Of a stretch of DNA of 64,000 bases, positions 9,934-22,412 are shown piece after piece (within the stretch, counting starts at the first letter, position 1; each line of letters opens with the position of its first letter). The notes below the pieces were generated by a model. The model was not told the origin of the DNA. It searched no databases and saw only the letters and a list, made by a program, of their open reading frames with translations. Source of the DNA: Scenedesmus sp. PABB004 (Eukaryota). The DNA lies in contig JABVCE010000016.1 of assembly GCA_014905635.1 (NCBI GenBank), positions 186,001 through 250,000 on the forward strand. Direction: 5' to 3'. The position numbers and the translations under genes are program-made.

Positions 9934-12149
9934 ATGGCGAGCGGGCCGGTGCTCGCGTTTGTGAAGGACATCGCCGCCAAGCGGGTGCGGACGTGCGCCG
10001 GTGGTGGTGCTAGCACGCCTCACGCTGGCCGGCGGCGTGCGCTGACGCCGGCAGGCGCCGCAGACGGCGACAGCAGCTGCGCCGCCGCCGCCGCGCCGCC
10101 GCGTTGACCAACCTGCTGTCCGGGTGTGAATTTGCCCCCACATCACCCTCCCCGTGCAGGTCACGGCAGTGGCTGCGCGCCTCAAGGCCAAGGAGCGGCC
10201 CAACCAGCGCTACGTTGACCCGGCGCGGCAGGGCCTCGCGTACGCGCTGCTGCACCGCGCGGCCGAGGCCGGCAGCCCGGAGATCGTGCTCCTGCTGCTC
10301 CGCGCGGGCGCCGACGCCAACGCGCGCGACAGCCGCGGCCGCACGCCGCTGCACTGGCTGGCGGCGCACGCGGGCGACGCGCATGCCAAGGTTGTGGGTG
10401 CGCACACCATGCGCGCGTGCCGCTGAGTTGCTGGCGACTGGTCTCGGGCGCCTGCGCGGCGCACACACCGCCCGCACGCGCGCACGCGCAGAGGCGCTGC
10501 TCAAGGCCAAGGGCGTCGACCTGCAGGCGCTGAGCGACAAAAAGGAGACGCCGGCACACGAGGCGGCGGCCGCGGGCAACGCGCGGCTGCTCGGGCAGCT
10601 GCTCGCGGCCGGCGCGGACGCAGGCGACGCGAGCCCCGGGCACACGCTGCTGCACGCCGCGTGCCAGGGCGCCCCCGACTGGGCGGCCGCCGGGCCAGTG
10701 ATCAACGCGCTGCTGGCCGCGGCGCCGGGCGTGCTGGCGCAGCATGTGTGTGTGTATACGCGCGCCCGTGGCGCGGCGCGCCGGCGGGTGCATCGCCGCT
10801 GGTGCGGCCCCGAGCCTGACGCGCCGCCGCCGCCTGCACAGGACGCCGCCGGGTGGACCCCGCTCATGCGCCTGCTGGGCTGCGGCTGGGCGGGCGCCGC
10901 GCGGGAGCTGCTGGCCAGGGGCGACTGCGGCGTCAACGCGCGGGTGCGCGGCGGCAGCGGCGGCGGCGACGCGCGGCGCCGCGGCTGGCGACGGCACTGC
11001 CGGCACGCGCGCGCACTGGCCAAGGCGCAACGCGCCCTGGCCGCAGGCCGCGGGCGGAGAGTCGGCGCTCCTGCTCGCGTGCGGCGCGGCGGCGCCCGAC
11101 GCGCAGCTCGTCGAGGCCCTGCTGGCGGCGGGCGCGGCGCGCGGCGCGCAGGGCGGCGCGGGCGGCGACACGCCGCTGCTGCTCGCGGTGAAGCGCGGCG
11201 GCGCCGCCGGCCTCGCGCTGGCGCGCCAGCTGCTCGGGCCGGGTGGTGACAGCAGCGGCAGCGGCAGCTGTGGCGGCGGCAGCTGTGGCGACGCGTGCGG
11301 CATCAACGCGGCCGACGCGGCGGGCGGCACCGCGGTGGCCCTGGCGGGCGCGGCGGCGTCAGCACCCAGCGCGGGCGAGCCCGCGCTGCAGCTGCTGGGG
11401 CTGCTGCTCGCGCACCAGGCGGCGTTGCCGGCCGAGCTCGGCGCGGACCTGCTGCGGCGCGGGCTGGCGCGGCAGCTGCCCGACGGCGTCACCGCGCAGC
11501 TCTTGGCGGCGCTGCCAGGCGATGCCGTCGCGGCTGCTGCGGCCGCGGCGGCGGGGCTGGCGCAGCCGCTCAGCTTTGAGGGGCTGGTGCACGCAGGGCT
11601 GCCCCGCACCGCCGTCGCGCACCTGCTCCGCGCCAGCGGGGGCGCGCCCGGCGACCCGCAGGACGGCGCCGGCAACACGCACCTGCACTCTGCTGTGGCG
11701 GGGCCGGACGACGCGCCCGAGCTCGTGGCCGCGCTGCTCGCGGCCGGCGCGCCGCCGGACGCGGCCAACGCCGACGGCGACACACCGCTGCACGTCGCCG
11801 CGCGCCGAGGGCACGCCGCGGCCTGCGCTGCGCTCGTGGCGGGCGGCGCCGACGTGCTGCGCCGCAACCAGAAGAACCGCTCGCCCGGCGGCCAGCTCAA
11901 GGTGCGGGCGGCCGGGCTGCGCCGGCGCCGGCGGCGGCCGGGGCGGGCAACACCCCCTGCTCGCGCGGGCCACGTCAACCCCGCCGCCGCGCACGCGGGC
12001 ACCGCCAGCTGCCAGAGGCCACGCGGGCGCTCCTGGCCGAGGCGGAGGCGGCGGCGCGCGCGGCGCGGGCCGAGCGCGACCGCGGCACCTGGGGCGCGGG
12101 CATCGCGGCGGCGCAGACGGCGAGCGCGGTCTGCATGCGCGTCGCGTGA
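9934..12149 (+). CDS. Ankyrin repeat protein; multi-exon
   Basis: Repeats LLHRAA..GADANARDSRGRTPLHW, ETPAHEAA, GWTPLM, GDTPLLLAV, GNTHLHSAV and DGDTPLHVAARRGH. Last exon 12009-12149 is inferred. Confidence 0.8.
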
Positions 12150-12519
12150 GTCGGGCCGCGGCTGCGGCAACCGGGCGCTCAGCGGTGCGAGCTGGGGTCC
12201 AGCGGGCGTGCGCCCTGGCGGCGGCTGCGAGCTGGTGAGCCATGCCCCCCGGCCAGCCTGTCGCTCCAACCACAGCTGCAGGGCGCCCCGTGGCGGACCG
12301 CACAGCCGGCCGAGCCGCCAGCCGCCAGCCGCCGCTGCGCACGTCGCTGCCGCCGCCGTCGGCCGGGGCTCCGCGGCCTCCCAGGGCGCGTCGGGCGAGC
12401 TCGCGCGAGCGACACTTAGGGTCCTCGCCCCCCGCGCGGCCCGCGCGAGCAGCGAGCGCGGAACAGCGCCCCGAGCGCGCGCCGGCCGGCGGCCGGAGCT
12501 GCGTAGCGCCCCGCGCGCC

Positions 12520-15500
12520 ATGGCCAAGGCACGAATGCTGCTCCTGGAGTGGAGCCAGGCCGCCGCGGCGGCCGCCAACGGCATGGTCTGCGCGCTGGCA
12601 GGCCCGATGGCGTGCAGCAGAAAGGAGCCCGTGGGCCACGGATTCCACTACAAGGTCCTCCTCCAGGCCGGCGTCATAGGTGAGGGGCGAGCCGGCCAGC
12701 TGCTGTGCGGGCCCGCGGGCGCCGCATGCCGGCGCGCGGCCCGCCGCGCGGCCAGCCGGCAGCGTCGTGGCGCCGGGTGCGGCGGCTGGCTGGCGCGAGC
12801 AGCCGGCGGCTGCCGGCCAGCTCCCCAGCTGCCCAGGGCCCACTCCCAGCACGCCTCCCAGCACGCGCGCGCCGCGCAGCCAGCGCGCGCCGCGCGGCGA
12901 GCCGAGCCGCGCCCGCCGCCGCCGCCGCCGCCGCCGCTCGCAGAGCTGCCCGGCGAGTCGAGCAGCAGCGGCAGCAGCGACGACGACGGCGGCGACTCGA
13001 CCGACGCGAGCAGCGCGCGCGGCATGCCGGGCAGCAGCAGCGTCGGGAGCAACCTGGACGACCTGCAGCCGCCGCCGGGCGTGTCCTGGAAGAAGAGCAA
13101 GGCCAAGAAGAAGCAGGCGCGCCCCGCGGCTGGGCAGGCGGCCGCGGCCGGGGCGGCTGGGCAGGCGCCGCGGTCGCGGCGGCTGGGCGGCGGCGGGCGG
13201 CGGCTGGGCGACGGCGGGCGGCGGCGGCCGCCGCTCCGCACGGGCGCCGCGCCGGGCTCGCCGCCCCGCCGACATGCTGCACCCCGCGCCGCGCCGCGCC
13301 GCGCCGCGCCGCGCCACGCCGCGCCGCGCCGCGCCGCAGGCCAAGGCCAAGGAGGAGGTGGATTACTACGCGCTGCTGGGCCTGCAGCACGAGCGCTGGA
13401 TGGCGACCGAGGCGCAGCTCAAGCAGGGTGCGCCGCGCCGCCGCCGCGCCCCGCGCCGCCGGCCACGGCTCTCCGCGCCGGCGTCCGCACGCGCCCGGCC
13501 GGCCCGCGTGCCGACTCTCTTCTTCGCCGCGCCGCGCGCCGCTGCGGCGCCCGCCCCGGCGCGCGCCGCAGCGTACCGCAAGGCCTGCCTGGAGCACCAC
13601 CCCGACAAGAAGCTCGTGGGCATCGACTGCGAGGTCGCCAAGGGCGAGGCTGAGGAGCACTTCAAGGCGATCCAGGCCGCGTACGACACGCTCAGCGACC
13701 CCGCGAAGCGACGCGAGTACGACTCGGTCGACGAGTTTGACGACTCCCTCCCGCTCGACTGCGACCCAGCAGACTTCTTCAAGGCGCGCGGAGTGTGGGG
13801 TCCGCTGGGGAGCAGCGCGGGCGGAGTGCAGCGCGCGGGCGGCGCGACCGGCGCGGCGGCGGCACTGACGGCGCGTGCCTGTGCCCGTGCCCATGCCCGT
13901 GCCCGCCGCGCACGCAGGTCTTTGGCCCCGCGTTCCGCCGCAACGCGCGCTGGAGCTCCGAGCCCGCCGTGCCCGAGGTCGGCGACGAGTCCACGCCCTG
14001 GGAGGAGGTCTCTGCCTTCTACGACTTTTGGTACGCCTTCCGCAGCTGGCGCGAGTTCCCCCACCCCGACGAGGAGGACGTGGAGGGCGCGGAGAGCCGC
14101 GAGCACCGGCGCTGGATCGAGCGGTGCGCGCGCGCGTGCGCAGCGCGGCGCGCACCACCCCCGCGGCGGCACGCCGCGCGCGGGCGGCGCTCGCGCGCGC
14201 CCTTCCGCGGCCGCCGCCGCTCAAGCTCTCGCTACGCCGCGCGCCGCGCAGCATCAACTCCAAGCTGCGCGAGAAGGGCAAGAAGGAGGAGGGCCGGCGG
14301 CTGCGCGAGTTTGTGGACGCGGCGTACCGCGTCGACCCGCGCGTCGCGGCGCGGCGCGAGGCGCAGGCGGCCGAGCGGTGCGGCGCGACGTGCGGCCCGC
14401 GTGCGGGCGCGGGCGCGGGCGCGAGGCCGCGGCCCTGCCCGCGCGCCTCCGCGCGGCGCTCCGCGCGCCCCACATGGCGCTGGCGCCGGCGCTGACACGC
14501 CGCCTGGCGCAGGGAGCGCAAAAAGAACGAGAAGGCCGAGGCGCGGCGCGCGGCGGCAGAGGCGGAGCTGCGGAAAAAGGAGGAGGAGGAGGCGGCGCGG
14601 TGCGCGCGCCGGCTGTCGCGCCGGGCGCGCCGCGGGGGCCCGCGCCCGCCCGCGCGCGCGCGCCTGCCTCACGCCCCTGCACCTGCGCCCGCTCGCCCGC
14701 GCGCGCGCGCGCGCAGCGCCGCCGAGGAGGCCGCGGCCAAGGCGGCGGCGGCGGAGGCCAAGAAGGCACGCGAGGTGGAGAAGCGCGCCGTGAAGAAGGA
14801 GCGCCAGCGGCTGCGCAGCCTCGCGGCGCCGGAGGGCGTGGAGCGGCTGCTGGGCGTGGGTGCGCGCCGCAGCACGGCGCCGCCCGTCCGCCCGCCCGCC
14901 GCGCCGCGCCGGGCGGGGCGCCGCTCACGCGCCGCCTTCACCCTGCGCCGCAGACGACACCGAGCGCCTGTGCGCGTCGCTGGACCTGTCCGCGCTGCAG
15001 GCGCTCGGCGACGCGGCGAGCGCGGAGGGTGTCGACCCGGCGGCGCGCGCGGCGCTGCTCGCGGCGGCGGTGGCGGGGCTCGACGCGCGCGAGGAGGACG
15101 AGGCGCGCGCGCGCGAGGCGAAGAAGCGCGAGGCCGAGGCCGCGCTCAAGGTGGGCACGGCACAGCGCGCGGCCGCGCCGCGCCCACGTTGCCGCCCACG
15201 CACCGCGCGCGCTGCGGCGGCGCCGCCGTCTGAGCACCGCCGCCGCCGCCGCCACCGCCGCCATGCTGCACCCTGCAGACGATGGCGGCGCGCGACCACG
15301 CGCGCAAGGTCGAGGCGATGCGCGAGTGGGACGACGACGAGCTGCGCATGCTGGACAAGGCGGTCAAAAAGTTCCCCACCGGCACGCCGCGCCGCTGGGA
15401 GCAGGTGCGCGCACGCGGGCGTGGGGCGGCGCCGGTGGCCCAGTCGTGGGCGCGCGCGGGCGCGCGGGCGCGCGCGTGCCGGGGCGCGGCCCGTGCTGAG

Positions 15501-16148
15501 TCGCCGCCGCGGCGCGGCAGGTCGCTGCGTACGTGCGCACGCGCACGCTGGAGGAGGTGCTGCTGATGGTCAAGGAGCGCCAGGGCGCGTCGTCGACGCG
15601 CACGCGCGCGCAGGAGGACTGGAAGGGCGCGGCCAAGAAGCGCGCCGAGGTGACGAGCGAGGCCGACACGCGCGACGCGGCGTTCACGGACGTCGAGGTG
15701 CGCGCCGTCGCGTGCGCCGGCGCGGGCGGCGGGGGAGGCGGGGCTGCGCCGCCGCCGCTCACGCGCACGCACGCGCGCCGCCGCCGCCGCCGCCCCCGCA
15801 CGGCAGGTCAAGGTCGCGGCCGAGGCGGCGGAGCGGCTGGCGAGCAGCGGCGGCCGCGCCGCGCCCGCCGACAGCAGCAGCAGCACAGCCACCGCCGCAG
15901 GCGCGGCGGGCGGCGGCGACGGCGCAGACGCGCCGCCCAAGAAGGTCGTCGCCGCGGACAGCGGCGAGTGGGGCGAGGAGCAGGACCGCGCGCTCGTCGC
16001 GGCGCTGAAGCAGTTTGGCAAGGAGCTGCCCGACCGCTGGGAGCGCATCGCGGGCGTCGTGCCGGGCAAGGGCAAGGCGGCATGCTTCAAGCGCTTCAAG
16101 GAGCTGCGCGACGCGGTGCGCAGCAAGAAGGCCGGCGCCGCCGAGTGA
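12520..16148 (+). CDS. DNAJC2: DnaJ subfamily C member 2 (zuotin/MPP11/GlsA-like): J domain plus two SANT/Myb domains
   Basis: EPVGHGF N-terminus, DYYALLGL..HHPDK J domain, FYDFWYAFRSWREF zuotin motif. SANT repeats WDDDELRMLDKAVKKFPTGTPRRWE and WGEEQDRALVAALKQF..DRWERIA. Confidence 0.93.
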
Positions 16149-16193
16149 ACCGCCGGGCCGGCAAACGAGCGGTCGCGGCGCGGTTATTCGGCG

Positions 16194-16198
16194 TGTAA
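16194..16198 (+). promoter_or_regulatory. TGTAA polyadenylation signal of DNAJC2
   Basis: Chlorophyte UGUAA motif about 45 nt after the stop codon, in sequence that is otherwise very AT-poor. Confidence 0.6.
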
Positions 16199-16340
16199 CG
16201 CCGTCCCGTGCCCTGGGACGCAAACCTGCGCGTGAGCGTCATACAGCGCGACCGGCTGGCGACCGGGCAGGCGGCGGCGGCGGCGGCGCGAGCGGCGGCG
16301 GCGGCAGCAGCGGCGGCAGCAGCGGCCGCGGCACGCAGGC

Positions 16341-17982
16341 ATGGCTGCGCAGCAACAGCAACCGGAGCAGCAGCCGGAGCAGATCGACATCGCCGCGGCC
16401 AAAGCAGCAGGAGACGCGGCCTTCAAGGCCGGGCAGCACGCGGAGGCGGAGGAGCACTACAGCGACGCGCTCGTCGCGAGCGAGGCCGCGGCCGACGCGA
16501 CGCACCTGCGAGCGATCTATTCGAACAGGTGCGCGCTGCCTGCATGCACAGCTGCCTCTCCTGCCCACCTGCGCGGCCGCCCGACCCCCTCGCCGGCGCG
16601 CGCGCAGGGCGGCGGCGCGGCTCGCGCTTGCGGACTGGCGCGGCGCCCTGGCGGACGCGCAGGCCTCGGTCGCGGTCGACGACGGGTGGGCAAAGGGCTG
16701 GTTCCGCTCCGCCAGGGCGCTGCAGCAGCTGGGCCGCCCCGCGCTGGCGGCGGCGGCCGCGGCGCGCGCGGTCGCGCTCGCGCCCGGCGACCGCGGCGCC
16801 CTGGAGCTGCTGGCAGCGCTGCGAGCGCAAGAGCGAGAGCAGCAGTCACAGTCGCCGTCGCAGTCGCAGCAGCAGCCAGGCCCGCCGGACGACCCGGCGC
16901 CCCTCCTCCCGTGGGCGCAGCTCTGCCGGCTGCGCGCGCGCATGCCGCTGGCGCTGCTGCCGCCGCCGCTCGTGGCGGGCAGCTGCTACCTGCCTTCTCC
17001 CGACGGCGTCAACGCAAACCTCCTGCTGCTGCTCCACGGCCTGGGCGACACGCCGGCGGCCTTCACAGGTGCGCACGCCGCCCGCCGCGGCGCGCCGCGG
17101 GCCGGGCGCGCCGCTCAAGCCGCCGCCGCCGCCGCCGGGCGCAGCGCTGGCGCGGCGCATGGCGCTGCCGCAGACCGCGTGCCTCGCGCTGTCGGGGCCG
17201 CTGCGCGTGCCGGAGACCCACGGCGGGCGGGCCTGGTTTGAGTCGTTCGAGGCAGACGGCGAGCTCATTCAGGTGCGTGGTCAGCGCCTGAACGCCCGAC
17301 CACGACCAGTCCTGGACCTGGCATGCCCGGCGCGCCTTCTCGCGGGGCACGCCGGCGCCGCTGCCCTTGCGCCTCGCCAGCGCGCCCTGTCACCTCACCC
17401 CGCCGCCGCCGCCGCCGCCGCCGCCGCTGCCAGCCGCGGCCCGGCGACACGCGGCGACTTCACTCGCTCGCGGCGACCGTGTCGCTCGTCCGGCAGCAGC
17501 TGCTGCCGGCGCTGAGCGCGGCGGGCGGTTGGGCGCCGGAGCAGTTGCAGCTGCTCGGCTTCAGCCAGGGCGGCACCGTCGCGCTAGAGCTCGCGCGGGC
17601 GTGCCGCGGCGCCGCGTGCCGCCTCGGCGGCGTCGTCGCGGTCTCGGCGGCGCTGCTGGAGGAGGCGCTCGACCAGCCGGGCAGCGGCGGCGGCGGCGAC
17701 GACGCTGGGGGCGGCGGTGGCGGCTGCGACGCGCTCATCACGCACGGCGACGCCGACGCGGTCGTGCCCCGGCCGCTCGTGTCGCGCAGCGTCGCCGCGC
17801 TCGCCGCGGCGGGCTGCGCGGCGCGGCTCGTGCCGGTGCCGGGCAAGGGCCACGGCATGATCGGCGGCGAGGCCGAGATACGGGCGGTCATGGAGTTTTG
17901 GGGCGCGCGGCTGCGGGCGCGGCCGGTCGCGGCGGACGCGAGCTTCGTTGAGGTGCCGGGCGGCGGCCGCCCTCTCGGCTGA
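16341..17982 (+). CDS. TPR domain fused to phospholipase/carboxylesterase (alpha/beta hydrolase). Exons approx. 16341-16528, 16608-17068, 17145-17272, 17434-17982
   Basis: TPR: AKAAGDAAFKAGQHAEAEEHYS, YSNRAAA, WAKGWFR. Hydrolase: LLLHGLGD, GFSQGG nucleophile, HGDADAVVP, GKGHGM. Confidence 0.82.
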
Positions 17983-18187
17983 AGCGCGGCGCCGGGGCTT
18001 GAGCGGCGCAGGGCTCAGCGCGGCCGGCTCGCGTGGGTGACGAGCAATCGGCCCCTCGCCTGAACAGCCCGGCCCCCTCCTGCGCCTGCGCCTGCGCCCG
18101 CTCTCCGCAGCGCCTCCGCACGCTGCCGGCAGCGCCGGGCGCGGCAGCCGCCGCCGACGCTGCCGGCGTCTGCCCTCCGCGCAATCC

Positions 18188-19848
18188 ATGTCGCGCCAGC
18201 AGCCCCTGCGCCTGCTGGCGGCCTGCCAGGCGCTGTCTGGCGGGTGGCAGCCGGCAGCAGCGGCCGCCGCGGCAGCGCACGCGCAGCTGGGCTCGGCCCT
18301 CGCCGCGCCAGGCGGCCAGGCCGACGTCTGCTGGAGCGGTGATGACGATCGCGGGCCGGGCAGCGTGCCGCCGGCACGCCAGCGCGAGCGGCGGCACCAG
18401 CAGGCGCAGCAGCAGCGCATCGCCTGGCCGCCGCGCCCGGGGCCCTGCTGCGCGCCGCGTGGCGGCGGCCACCCGCTTCCCTGGCACCTGCACCACCTGG
18501 TAGCGGCGCGCGGGCTCGCGACGACGGGCGCGGGCGCTGCAGGCGCTGGCGCTGCCGGCACCGGCGCGCCTGCGGCGACGGGCTGGGTGCAGCGCTGGCT
18601 GCCGGCGGCGGCGCAGCCCTACGCGCAGCTGATGCGGCTGGACAAACCCATCGGCTCCTGGCTGCTCGCGTGGCCGGGGCTGTGGTGAGGCGCGCGCGCG
18701 CTGCTCGGCGCTGGCGCACGCGCGCGGCCGCACCGGCAGCCGCGTGCCCAGCTTGCCGCGCTCACCGCCGCGGCAGGTCGATCGCGCTCGCGGCGCCGCC
18801 GGGGCACCTGCCTGACCCCTGGCTCACGGCGCTCTTCGGCGTCGGCGCCGTGGTGCGCCGCGCGCCTGGGCGCGCCACCCCCGTGCGCGCGCCGCCGCCG
18901 CCGCCGCCACGGGCCGCGGCTCGCGCGCCCGGCCGCTGACGCGCGCCGGCGGCGGCCGGCGCGCAGGTCATGCGCGGCGCGGGGTGCACCATCAACGACC
19001 TGTGGGACCGCGACATCGACGCGCGCGTGGCGCGCACCGCGGGCCGCCCGCTCGCGTCGGGCGCGCTCTCGCCGGCCGCCGCGCTGGCCGCGCTGGGCGC
19101 GCAACTCGGCGCCGGGCTGTGCGTGCTGCTGCAGCTCAACGGGACGACCCAGGCGCTCGGCGTCGCGAGCCTCGGCCTCGTGGTGGCGTACCCGCTGATG
19201 AAGCGCTTCACGCACTGGCCGCAGGCCTTCCTGGGGCTGACCATGAACTACGGGGCCATCATGGGCTACGCCGCCGCGGCAGGGACCCCCGACTGGGCGG
19301 TCGTCGCGCCGCTGTACGCCGCGGGCGTGTGCTGGACGCTGGTGCGGGCGCGGCGCGGGGCGCGCCGCGCGGCTGCGGTGGCGGCCCGCGCCGACCCGCG
19401 CGCGCACGCACACGCTGCCGCTGCCTCTGCCGCCGCGTCGTGCCGCTGCTCGCGTGACCACCATCTCTGCCGCGTGCCGCGCGCTGCCGCGTGCGCCGCC
19501 ACACAGGTGTACGACACGATCTACGCCCACCAGGACAAGGCCGACGACGTGGCGGTGGGCGTCAAGTCGACCGCGCTGCTCTTCGGCGACCGCACCAAGG
19601 CCTGGGCGGCGGGCTTTGCGACCGCGCAGGCCGCCGCGCTGACCGCCGCGGGCGCGGCCGCGGGGTGCGGGCCGGCCCTCTTTGCCGCGGTCGCCGCCGG
19701 CGCGGCGCACCAGGCGTGGCAGGTGTGGACGGTCGACCTCGACGACGGCCCCGACTGCAACGCCAAGTTTGTCAGTAACGCCTGGTACGGCGCGATCATC
19801 TACGCCGGGCTCGTGGCCGACCGCCTGCTCGCCGCCGGCGGCGCGTGA
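18188..19848 (+). CDS. COQ2: 4-hydroxybenzoate polyprenyltransferase (UbiA family), mitochondrial
   Basis: [79 protein letters not shown]. Confidence 0.95.
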
Positions 19849-20018
19849 GCGGCGGCGCTCGCGCGTGGGCGGCGCAGCGGCGAGCTCGTCGCTGCCTCGA
19901 GGCGCCGTGGGCAGCTGGCGTGCCGCGTTGTGGGCCGGGCGTGTGGGCCGGGCCGCGGGGGCGCGTAACACGGCGGGCCGCCAATTGGCGGCAAGGCGCC
20001 AGCCCCCCGCCGCCGCGC

Positions 20019-21853
20019 TCACAGCCGGCTCGGCCCGGCGCGCCCGCCGACGCCGCCCTCAAGGATTGCGACGGCCGAGGCAGAAAAGACGCCGCCGTTG
20101 GCGTAGACGAGCGCGTGCCGCGCGCCGGCGACCTGCCGCCCCGCCGCCTCGCCCCGCAGCTGCGTGACCGCCTCGACCAGGCTGAACGCGGCGGGCGCCT
20201 CCCACGGCGCGCCGCCGCCGAGCAGGCCGCCGTGCGTGTTGACGGGCCACACCGGCGCCGGCGCCCGCTCGTCGCCACCGCCGCCGCCCGCCGCTGCGCA
20301 TTCGAGCGGGCCTGCTGGGCCCAGCAGGCGCGCGTACTGCTGCTCCACGTACCGCCCCCCGTCCGGCGCGAGGCCCACCGCCTCGATCGCTCTGCGCGGC
20401 GGCGGCGCGACGCGTCCAGCCACCCCGCGCGGCCGCGCGCGCGCCCGGCGCCAGGGTCGCCCCCGCCCCTGGCCTGCCCTGGCCCAAGCCGCCCAGTCCG
20501 TGACCCACCGCACGAAGCAGACTGGGAAGCAGTCGTACAAACCCCAATGATCGATGTCGCTCGGCGCCAGCCCTGCTGCCGCGTACGCGGCGGCCGCCGC
20601 CGAGGCGGCCGAGAAGCACTCCTCGCTCAGCTGCGCCGGCGGCACGAGCGGGCCGCTGCCCTCGCCGCCGCCGAGCACCGACACGCCTGCGGCGCGGCGC
20701 GGCACGGGGGCGTCGTGCGCTGGCGCTGGCGCGCCCGGTGTGGCGCGCCAGCTGCTGCGCGCGGCGGCGCCCGCCGGCGCTGCCCTCGGGGCCTGCTGCG
20801 CGCTGCGCCGGCGGTGCGTGCTGCGCACGCACCGCGGGGCCGTCGCAGCGCGACCCCGCCGCGGCGACAATGAGCGCGGCCGCGCCGTCGGCGCGCCGCG
20901 CGCACTCGAGCTTGGTCGTGACTGACGCCACGGGCGGCGAGGCCAGCACCTCCTGCGGCGCGGCGCGCGGCGCTGCAGCTGCGGCAGCCGGGTGCAGCTC
21001 ACGTGCGCGCGGCCGCGCGCCAACCGCCCGCCCGCCTCACCGCGAGCGGGCGCGGGCGCCGCTCGAGCGCGCCGGGGTGGCGGCTGGCCTGCAGCGTCAT
21101 GAGCGACGCACACATCGCGAGCTGCTCGCGCGTCGTGCCGCGCGTCGCCATGTGCCACGCCGCGACGCGGTCGTACAGGTGCGGTATCACCGGCGACGGC
21201 ACGGCCGCGACGCCGCCCTCCCGCGGCCGGCACGCCGCGTCGGCGCGGGCAAGAAACTCGGCCGTCGGCACCGACGCGACGGCGTCGCCCGCGACGACCG
21301 CGACTGCGCGGGGTGGTGGCGGGGGCCGGCGCAGCTCTGTGTGTGCGGCCGCGTGACGCGCGCTGGCCGCCGGCCGGTGCGAGGCGCCCGGCGGCGGCCG
21401 AGCGCGCACCCGCGGCGCGGCCTTCATGCTGCACCGCGCGCGCCGCCGCGAGCAGCGCCGCGACGGGGCCCGCGCCGCCGACGTCGAGCGTCCGGCAGAG
21501 CAGACCGCGGCGCGGCGTGAGCCCTGCCTGCGCGCGCGCGCCGCGCGTCGGGGGCCGGCGGTGGGGGGCACGGCGCCGCGCCAGGCCCGCCCTGTCCGCG
21601 CCGCGCAGGCGCCAGCCAAACCCCTCACCGCCTGCGCGACGGCGTGCGCGGCCATCATGTGGCCGCTGCCCATCAGCGGCGGCAGCGCGATGAGCGTGTC
21701 CAGGTCGCCCAGCGCCATGCCAGCGTCGTCCAGCGCAGCACGCAGCGCTCTCACGCACAACCCCACCGCGTCGCCGGGGCCGCCGCGCGCTGGGCCGGGC
21801 CCCGTCAGCGGCGTCGCGCCGGCGCCGACGATGCGCGCCGCCGCGGGCCGCAT
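20019..21853 (-). CDS. Thiolase-fold protein (SCP2-thiolase/Ltp2-like), atypical active site; multi-exon
   Basis: ECARRADGAAALIV, GLAPSDIDHWGLYDCF, PVNTHGGLL, EAVTQLRGEAAGRQVAGA. Confidence 0.8.
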
Positions 21854-22412
21854 AGCCAGCGCTCTCGCGGCGGCAGCAGAAGCGGCGCCGCTGGCGCGGC
21901 GTCAGCAGCAGGGGGCGGGCGCGGCGACAGCAGGAGCACAGGGAGGAGTGTCGTGCGGTGCCGGGCGGGCGGGCCGGGCGGGCCGGGCGGGTTTGCGGGC
22001 AGTGACCGCAGCCGACTGGCCTCGAACGAGCGGCCCGTCGCGACGCGGCGGCGCAGCGCGCGGCGCGGGGAGGCGCGCCGGCGCCGCCGCCGCTCGTCCA
22101 CAACGCGCGCGCCTTCCTGGTCCTCGTGCGCGGCTGGGAGGCGCATGCTGCGCGGCCTCATGCGCCTGCAGCAGCAGCAGCAGCCGCGAGCCGCTGCGCG
22201 AACAGCCCGCAGCGCCAGGGTGCACGCGCGGCCGGTGGGTGCACGCCAGGCATGCGCAAGCGCCTGGATTACGGCCCGCACGCGCCTGGGCGCGCCGCAG
22301 CGGCGGCCGCCGCTGCCGCCGCCGCCCACGTCGCGGCGCTGCCCGCCCCCCCCCCCTGCAGGCGGCCTGCGCCAGCCGCGGGCGCTCCCATCAAGCAGCA
22401 GCTGGCGGCTCG

